DNA from: an uncultured bacterium
Lineage (GTDB): Bacteria > Bacteroidota > Bacteroidia > Sphingobacteriales > Sphingobacteriaceae
Reading direction: 5' to 3'
Assembly: GCA_947085255.1 (NCBI GenBank)
Contig: CAMTVQ010000002.1
Coordinates: 68,688-132,687 of the forward strand
DNA length: 64,000 nt
How positions within the stretch are numbered: the stretch's first letter is position 1; each line of letters opens with the position of its first letter. Below, piece after piece: positions 63,965 through 64,000 of this stretch. Position numbers and translations under genes: made by a program. The notes under the pieces were generated by a model. The model worked only from the letters and a program-made list of their open reading frames with translations. It made no database searches and had not been told where the DNA came from.

Positions 63965-64000
63965 GTGAATAATATAACTTTTTGATAGAGATATATAACA
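63965..64000 (+). promoter_or_regulatory. 36-bp promoter module, copy 9 (its downstream gene lies beyond the right window edge)
   Basis: GTGAATAATATAACTTTTTGATAGAGATATATAACA. Same geometry as the other copies. The window ends at the last base of the module. Confidence 0.6.

Noticed and set aside
31715-64000. Interpreting the nine modules as a mobile repeat (MITE/REP-like element)
   Set aside because: The copies have no terminal inverted repeats or target-site duplications. All share one orientation and a fixed distance to downstream start codons, which fits promoters rather than transposition.

Overview
The window looks like a Bacteroidota chromosome segment. It carries T9SS type A and type B C-terminal sorting domains, a PorP/SprF gene, and TAnnTTTG-like -7 boxes. 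No rRNA, CRISPR array, transposase or integrase is visible.

The left half (1-31.1 kb) is mostly housekeeping:
- an SRPBCC protein, a TIGR01777 epimerase and a 2Fe-2S ferredoxin-like protein
- a MerR/B12-binding (CarH/LitR-like) regulator and tRNA-Ser(GGA)
- asparaginase, TatD, two FKBP isomerases, NrnA-like DHH phosphoesterase and photolyase
- Omp85-like and porin-like outer-membrane proteins
- an ELWxxDGT/T9SS protein
- a fadD-fadN-fadA-fadE-like beta-oxidation operon, interrupted by two four-helix-bundle (23S-IVS/Avd-like) gene cassettes
- nitronate monooxygenase, and M61 and reprolysin-like peptidases

The right half (31.2-64 kb) looks accessory and is the interesting part. A gap-free 36-bp promoter-upstream module occurs nine times. 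It consists of GTGA, then two TGTAAC-like hexamers exactly 21 bp apart, then a -7-like cTTTG box 25-26 bp further on. Every copy lies on the + strand directly upstream of a + strand operon. The operons it precedes are:
1. an AraC-type regulator followed by a dense phosphorelay cluster: two paralogous hybrid HK-REC-HPt kinases (one fused to CheB-CheR), four single-domain receivers, and a sensor-less kinase whose N-terminus is 9.4 tandem 21-aa coiled-coil repeats
2. a Usp / ice-binding-like lipoprotein / PLP-decarboxylase-like operon
3. a GxT collagen-like, BclA-C-like protein plus a mini T9SS type B protein
4. a tandem-DUF3494 T9SS type A protein
5. DUF4239 and a coiled-coil lipoprotein
6. CsbD, a lipoprotein, a hydrophilin-like protein, catalase, an FNR-like protein and PPK2
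7. a His-rich mini-protein
8. a 1087-aa tandem-DUF3494 adhesin-like T9SS type B protein with PorP/SprF and OmpA partners
9. a gene beyond the right edge

My main hypothesis is that this is an activator-dependent, general-stress or cold-surface style regulon with its own signalling module. All product calls come from by-eye recognition of motifs. No database search was possible.
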